Below are positions 59,436-64,000 of a stretch of DNA of 64,000 nucleotides, one piece after another (the first letter of the stretch is position 1; each line of letters opens with the position of its first letter). The translations under genes were made by a program, and so were the position numbers. Source of the DNA: Alphaproteobacteria bacterium (GTDB taxonomy: Bacteria; Pseudomonadota; Alphaproteobacteria; JBKEAR01); NCBI GenBank assembly GCA_047972425.1, contig JBKEAR010000016.1, forward strand, positions 5,500 through 69,499, read 5' to 3'. The notes below the pieces were generated by a model that was given only the letters and a program-made list of their open reading frames with translations, was not told the DNA's origin and made no database searches.

Positions 59436-59765
59436 ATGATTGCCCAAACTCCACCCCCACCCTATTATGCCGTTATTTTTACTTCTGTTCGTACCCAAGG
59501 AGATAACGGATATGATGCCATGGCAAATAAAATGCTTGAGCTTGCACAAAAACAAAAAGGTTTCTTAGGTTTGGAAAGCAGCCGTACCGATATTGGTATT
59601 ACGGTATCCTATTGGGAAAGCTTAGAAGCAATAAAAATATGGAAAGAAAATTTGGATCATAAACTTGCCCAAAAATTGGGGAAAGATAAATGGTATCAAT
59701 CTTATAAAATTCGTATCGCTAAGGTTGAGCGTGATTACGGTTTTAGCAATCAACCCGCAACATAA
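59436..59765 (+). CDS. antibiotic biosynthesis monooxygenase (ABM) family protein
   Basis: TPPPPYYAVIFTS, QKGFLGLES, ITVSYWESLEAI..WK..H, WY..YKIRIAKVERDY. Confidence 0.9.
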   Translation: MIAQTPPPPYYAVIFTSVRTQGDNGYDAMANKMLELAQKQKGFLGLESSRTDIGITVSYWESLEAIKIWKENLDHKLAQKLGKDKWYQSYKIRIAKVERDYGFSNQPAT

Positions 59766-59776
59766 GGATAAAGATA

Positions 59777-60156
59777 ATGCATATTGCCCATATAGCCATG
59801 CCAAAGATATAGAAAAGCTTAAAGAATTCTATATAAAATATTTTCGTGCAACATCTAATGAAAAATATACGAATGCAACCAAAGGATTTGAAAGCTATTT
59901 TTTGACCTTTAATGGCCAAACCACATTAGAGATTATGAAAAAAACAAGTATAGCAGGAGAATTTGATAGTACCGAAACTTTTGGCCTTACCCATATTGCA
60001 TTTTCTGTGGGTAGTAAAGAGACCGTAGATAAACTTACAGCAACCCTTATCCAAGACGGTTACACCAAGCTTGATGGCTCAAGATATACAGGCGACGGTT
60101 ATTATGAATCTCTCTTTTTAGACCCAGAGAATAATCGGATAGAAATCACCATTTAG
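59777..60156 (+). pseudogene. VOC/glyoxalase family gene with 5' frameshift
   Basis: ATG 59777 gives MHIAHIA then stops at 59812; remainder (KDIEKLKEFY..HIAFSVGS..DGYYES..DPENNRIEIT) is in another frame. Confidence 0.75.
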
Positions 60157-60362
60157 AAATAGATACGAAAAAGGGCCCCTTGCGGAGCCCTATATCGTGT
60201 AAAAAAGGGGAGAATATCGAAAAAGAATCTTATGCTCTTTGCTCGATAATAATAATATAGGCTGTCAATGTGCAAATAGCGAGGTTTTAAAGTGATTTTT
60301 TTGGGGTCATTTTGTGTCCAAAATATGTTAATAACATCCAACCGGGGAGTTTAAACGGTTTT

Positions 60363-61478
60363 TTATACAACTTCCCGATTAATATATTTTTTTAACGCAT
60401 AACGTGCAGCACCATAAGCATAGACCTTTTGCCCAACTTCGGTGGCTATTTTGATTTTTGCTTTACGCTTAGACACACGCTCTGGTGCCTCAAGATAATC
60501 CAAACTAATAAATTTGCGCATTTCTTTTAATACCAGCCGCGGGAATAACCCACCCAATATAATCTTTTTAGGGTCAAATAACTCCACCACCGCACTTAAA
60601 GGCATTGAAAGTTCGGTACCTTGTTGTTCTATCCACTGCATGAGTTTACTGTTTTTTTGCCGAAAAAGGGCTTCAATTTTATCAACCGATAATTCATTAA
60701 CATCGGTATTTAAATATTTAGCCAAATCTACCACCGATGGCCGCGGGTTTTTATAAGGGAAAAATGCGCCAATATTACCGGCATAAGAATGTGCGCCCAA
60801 ATAGCTTTTACCTTTTACAATCAATGCACCGCCAATACCGTAATCGACATTAAAAATAAAAATATTTTTTGATGTTTTTTTATTCCGCACCGTGGCAAAA
60901 AACGATAGCGCAATACTATGATGAATGATCCAAATAGCCGGGTCATCAAAACTCTCTACCAATATTGAGTGAAAATCCACCTGCTCTAACTCATTTTCAA
61001 AATATGCAAAATCGACAATTGCTCCTTTATTGGTTGTTGTCGCAGGTAACGATAAACTAATATAGTCAATATGTTGCCGGTTCGGGATATAACATTTTGC
61101 CTCTTTAATTAAATTGTTATATTGTTGCTGATAGTAATTGGCATCAAAAATTTTAGGGAGTTGTATTTCTTTTTCCCATATAATATTTAGGCCAAAATCC
61201 ATAATGCAAATTGTAATATTCCACAACCGAGCAGAAATACCCATAAAATAAGCTTTTGTCGGATTAATATTCAATATTTTATAAGGTTTACCTTTCTCAC
61301 GTTTTTGTAAATCAGGATCCGATTCTGCAATAAACCCACCCTCTATTAACCGATTAACAATTTTTGCCGTGGCGGCTTTGGATAGACCGACTTTATCTTG
61401 GATATGAAAACGGCGGCATCCGGTATTTTCGCGAATGAAGTCTAAAAGTATTTTATCGTTATTTTGTTTGTAATTCAT
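60363..61478 (-). CDS. ROK family transcriptional regulator
   Basis: N-terminal HTH GLSKAATAKIVNRLIEGGFI; GIGGALIVKG..YLGAHSYAGNIG; FDPKKIILGG. Confidence 0.85.
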   Translation of the reverse strand: MNYKQNNDKILLDFIRENTGCRRFHIQDKVGLSKAATAKIVNRLIEGGFIAESDPDLQKREKGKPYKILNINPTKAYFMGISARLWNITICIMDFGLNIIWEKEIQLPKIFDANYYQQQYNNLIKEAKCYIPNRQHIDYISLSLPATTTNKGAIVDFAYFENELEQVDFHSILVESFDDPAIWIIHHSIALSFFATVRNKKTSKNIFIFNVDYGIGGALIVKGKSYLGAHSYAGNIGAFFPYKNPRPSVVDLAKYLNTDVNELSVDKIEALFRQKNSKLMQWIEQQGTELSMPLSAVVELFDPKKIILGGLFPRLVLKEMRKFISLDYLEAPERVSKRKAKIKIATEVGQKVYAYGAARYALKKYINREVV

Positions 61479-61578
61479 CTGATATCGCCTTGTATTGCTT
61501 GATAATCATAAGCAAAACCCTTTTTTAATGCAAGCAGTCTTCATAATTTTTCTTTTGACAGAAATTTAAAAATATGAT

Positions 61579-61599
61579 TTAGTCTCCATTGTAGACTAA
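61579..61599. promoter_or_regulatory. putative ROK operator
   Basis: TTAGTCT-N7-AGACTAA palindrome just downstream of TTGACA (61555-61560). Confidence 0.6.
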
Positions 61600-61626
61600 T
61601 TAATGATGATAGGATTTATACTATAA

Positions 61627-62454
61627 ATGTTTCAGTTTTCACAAATAAAAAATGGGGTTATTTACCCATCAACACATCGGGGCAATTGCTTAAAAGCCCC
61701 CGAAAATACTTGGGCTGCATATCAATCGGCTTATAATGAAGGTTGTCGTGTGATTGAGTTGGATTTTTCTATCACTACCGATAACCGTCTAGCTGTTATC
61801 CATGATCACCGTTTAGATCGTACAACAAATGGCCAAGGCGTGGTCGAGGAAGCATCATGGGAATATATAAAAACGCTCGATGCCGGTAGCTGGTTTAATG
61901 AAAAATTCATTGGCGAAAAAGTCCCCCTTTTAGATGATGTTGTCGATTGGGCTATTAGTAAAAATATCGGCCTTATAGCTGAGGTTAAACAACGCAACTT
62001 CCCTGAACGATTAGTGCCTGCCATGCAAAATTTGTTTAAAAAAATGCCAAAAGCAATTGATCATATATTGCTCTTAGCCTTTGACCATCATTTGATTAAC
62101 CAAGTGAAAGCCGTAGAGCCTAAATTACGTTTAGAATGTGTAACATTAGCCCGCTATAATAAACAGCTCGATTCCATATTGGCTTCTAATGCCAGCTCGG
62201 TTTCTATTGAGTTTCCGAATTTTCATCTGGATGACGGCTTAGCCTATAAAAAAGCGGGGATTACAACACGCCTTTATTTACCTGAGGACAAAGTAAATAA
62301 CGATCCTATCAAAAAATTATCATGGACTTACGGCGAAGATGCCGAAGCCAAAATTATCGATTGGATGCAAGCAGGTGTAATTGACATGATTTGTTATGAC
62401 GATATGACCTATATGAAAAATCTTATTGAGCGTGCCGGGCTTAACTGGCAATAA
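61627..62454 (+). CDS. glycerophosphodiester phosphodiesterase family protein
   Basis: HRG...APENT..AY, ELD......V.HD..LDRTTNG, IAEVK. Confidence 0.9.
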   Translation: MFQFSQIKNGVIYPSTHRGNCLKAPENTWAAYQSAYNEGCRVIELDFSITTDNRLAVIHDHRLDRTTNGQGVVEEASWEYIKTLDAGSWFNEKFIGEKVPLLDDVVDWAISKNIGLIAEVKQRNFPERLVPAMQNLFKKMPKAIDHILLLAFDHHLINQVKAVEPKLRLECVTLARYNKQLDSILASNASSVSIEFPNFHLDDGLAYKKAGITTRLYLPEDKVNNDPIKKLSWTYGEDAEAKIIDWMQAGVIDMICYDDMTYMKNLIERAGLNWQ

Positions 62455-62485
62455 AAAAAACTCAAAAATACAGGGAGAAAAAACA

Positions 62486-63559
62486 TTGAGCCATTTAAAG
62501 TTAGAACATGTAAGCAAATATTTCGGCCAATTTACAGCCTCAGAAGATATTTCTTTTGAAGCACCATCGGGATCTTTTGTTACTCTATTAGGGCCTTCAG
62601 GCTGTGGTAAAACCACTTTACTTAAGGTAATTGGCGGTTTTCATAATGCCGATAAAGGTAAAATTTTTATTGACGGTAAAGATATCACTCATCTCCCACC
62701 CGAAAAACGCGATACCGCTATGTGCTTTCAGTCTTATGCGTTATTTCCCCATTTAAGTGTGCGTAAAAATATTGCCTTTGGTCTTGAGCAACAGGGCATG
62801 GCCAAAGATAAAATGAAAATTCGGGTTAATGAATCTATGAATCAAGTCGATATCACCTCGCAAGCTCTCAAGCTCCCAGGAGAGCTTTCGGGCGGGCAGC
62901 AACAGCGTGTTGCCCTTGCCCGCGCCATGGCACCCAGACCATCGATTATTCTATTTGATGAGCCGCTTTCTAACCTTGATGCCAAATTACGCGAAAAGGT
63001 TAGATTTGAGATCCGAGAACTACAAAAAGCACTTAACTTTACAGCTGTTTATGTAACCCATGACCAGTCCGAAGCTTTAGCGATGAGCGATATTATCATT
63101 GTGCTAAATGCTGGCCGTATTGAGCAAATGGGTAGCCCCAAAGAAATTTATAACGAACCCAAAAATCGCTTTGTAGCCGATTTTATTGGTGCGGCAAATA
63201 TCTGCAAAGCCAAAATTGTTAAAAGTGATGATAACCATAATTATTGGCTAGAAAGTGATATTGGCTATTTACGGGCTAACTCACCCAAACCACCCCAAGG
63301 GGAACATATTTATATTTGTTGGCGACCAGAAGATGCTGAAATGACCCATGAGAGAGAAAGTGAAAATATTATAAATGCTCATGTTAAAAAAACAGCCTTT
63401 TTAGGTAATTATGTCGATGTTTTTGCAAAATCTGCCCAAAGTAATATTGATTTCAGGTTAGAGATGGCACAAAAAGACGGTATTGAAGAAGGCCATGAAA
63501 TGCGCTTTCATTTAAACCCCAATAACATTCATCTGCTTGAGGAGGTAACGGATGAATAA
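62486..63559 (+). CDS. ABC transporter ATP-binding subunit (PotA/MalK-like)
   Basis: GPSGCGKT, FQSYALFPH, LSGGQQQRVALAR, FDEPLSNLDAKLR; TTG 62486 after GGGAG. Confidence 0.95.
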   Translation: MSHLKLEHVSKYFGQFTASEDISFEAPSGSFVTLLGPSGCGKTTLLKVIGGFHNADKGKIFIDGKDITHLPPEKRDTAMCFQSYALFPHLSVRKNIAFGLEQQGMAKDKMKIRVNESMNQVDITSQALKLPGELSGGQQQRVALARAMAPRPSIILFDEPLSNLDAKLREKVRFEIRELQKALNFTAVYVTHDQSEALAMSDIIIVLNAGRIEQMGSPKEIYNEPKNRFVADFIGAANICKAKIVKSDDNHNYWLESDIGYLRANSPKPPQGEHIYICWRPEDAEMTHERESENIINAHVKKTAFLGNYVDVFAKSAQSNIDFRLEMAQKDGIEEGHEMRFHLNPNNIHLLEEVTDE

Positions 63560-64000
63560 GCTCCCCCCTTGGAAAATCCCCCTTCTTTTGTTACCGGGTA
63601 TTGGTATTATCGTTGGTTTTATCGGTATTGTGGTCTTTATGGTTTTTGCCCAAAGCTTTGGCTATTTTCGGGCTACGGGCGAAAATATATTTTCTACCGA
63701 ATATTGGCAAATTGTTATGAATAACCCAATATTTTGGCGCTCAACATTTTATTCCCTTAAAGTATCCACATTGGGGGCAATAGGTGCCGTAATGTTGGCT
63801 TATCCATTTGCTTTATGGTTGCGTAAACCTTTTAAAGGCAACTTGGCAATTACAGGTATATTGCGTGCACCTATGTTTGTGCCCGGTTTAGTTGCCGCCT
63901 TTTTATTTGTCAATTTTATTTCTTATCATGGATTTTTAAACGAAATTTTTGTGCGTTTAGGAATTTTTGACGAACCCAAAACCATGCAAAATGACCCCTA
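63552..64000 (+). CDS. ABC transporter permease (PotB-like), truncated by window end
   Basis: Manual translation WKIPLLLLPGIGIIVGF...FYSLKVS...LAYPFALWLR...PMFVPGLVAAF...GFLNEIF; GGAGG RBS; no stop before 64000. Confidence 0.85.
   Translation, partial: MNKLPPWKIPLLLLPGIGIIVGFIGIVVFMVFAQSFGYFRATGENIFSTEYWQIVMNNPIFWRSTFYSLKVSTLGAIGAVMLAYPFALWLRKPFKGNLAITGILRAPMFVPGLVAAFLFVNFISYHGFLNEIFVRLGIFDEPKTMQNDP

Noticed and set aside
60153-60341. 62-aa ORF after ROK
   Set aside because: No RBS or motifs, and it spans a terminator-like hairpin (AGGGCTCC-GCAA-GGGGCCCT-TTTT on the minus strand).

Overview
AT-rich chromosomal segment, most likely from an alphaproteobacterium (inferred from the secA/PPIase/argJ/mutT, mutY/DUF721/dsbA and atpI-B-E-b'-b gene orders). 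It is mostly housekeeping: ilvBHC, trxA, ubiTUV, ctpA-rppH, trpS, secA, argJ, apt, mutY and the Fo ATP synthase genes. Accessory genes include an autotransporter, an octaheme cytochrome c with a cytochrome b partner, an MFP-RND-TPR operon, a TAXI-TRAP transporter and a ROK/GDPD/ABC uptake locus. I found no rRNA, tRNA or CRISPR array. The most notable signal is missing from the ORF track. At 34112-34996 a DUF559 (Vsr-like) endonuclease pseudogene sits between 79-bp inverted repeats whose hairpins show compensatory base changes, downstream of a promoter with an alphaproteobacterial LexA box. The gene is interrupted by a 205-bp MITE that has a second copy at 31502-31706. The cassette ends, the MITE and a REP mosaic at 22402-22835 share the palindrome TTGTC-GGA-GACAA and C-GNA-G triloop hairpins. 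This suggests, by inference only, one family of ssDNA-hairpin mobile repeats, possibly SOS-linked and nuclease-driven. Family names come from my own motif recognition, not from database searches. Several start codons were moved from the ORF track to fit ribosome-binding sites.
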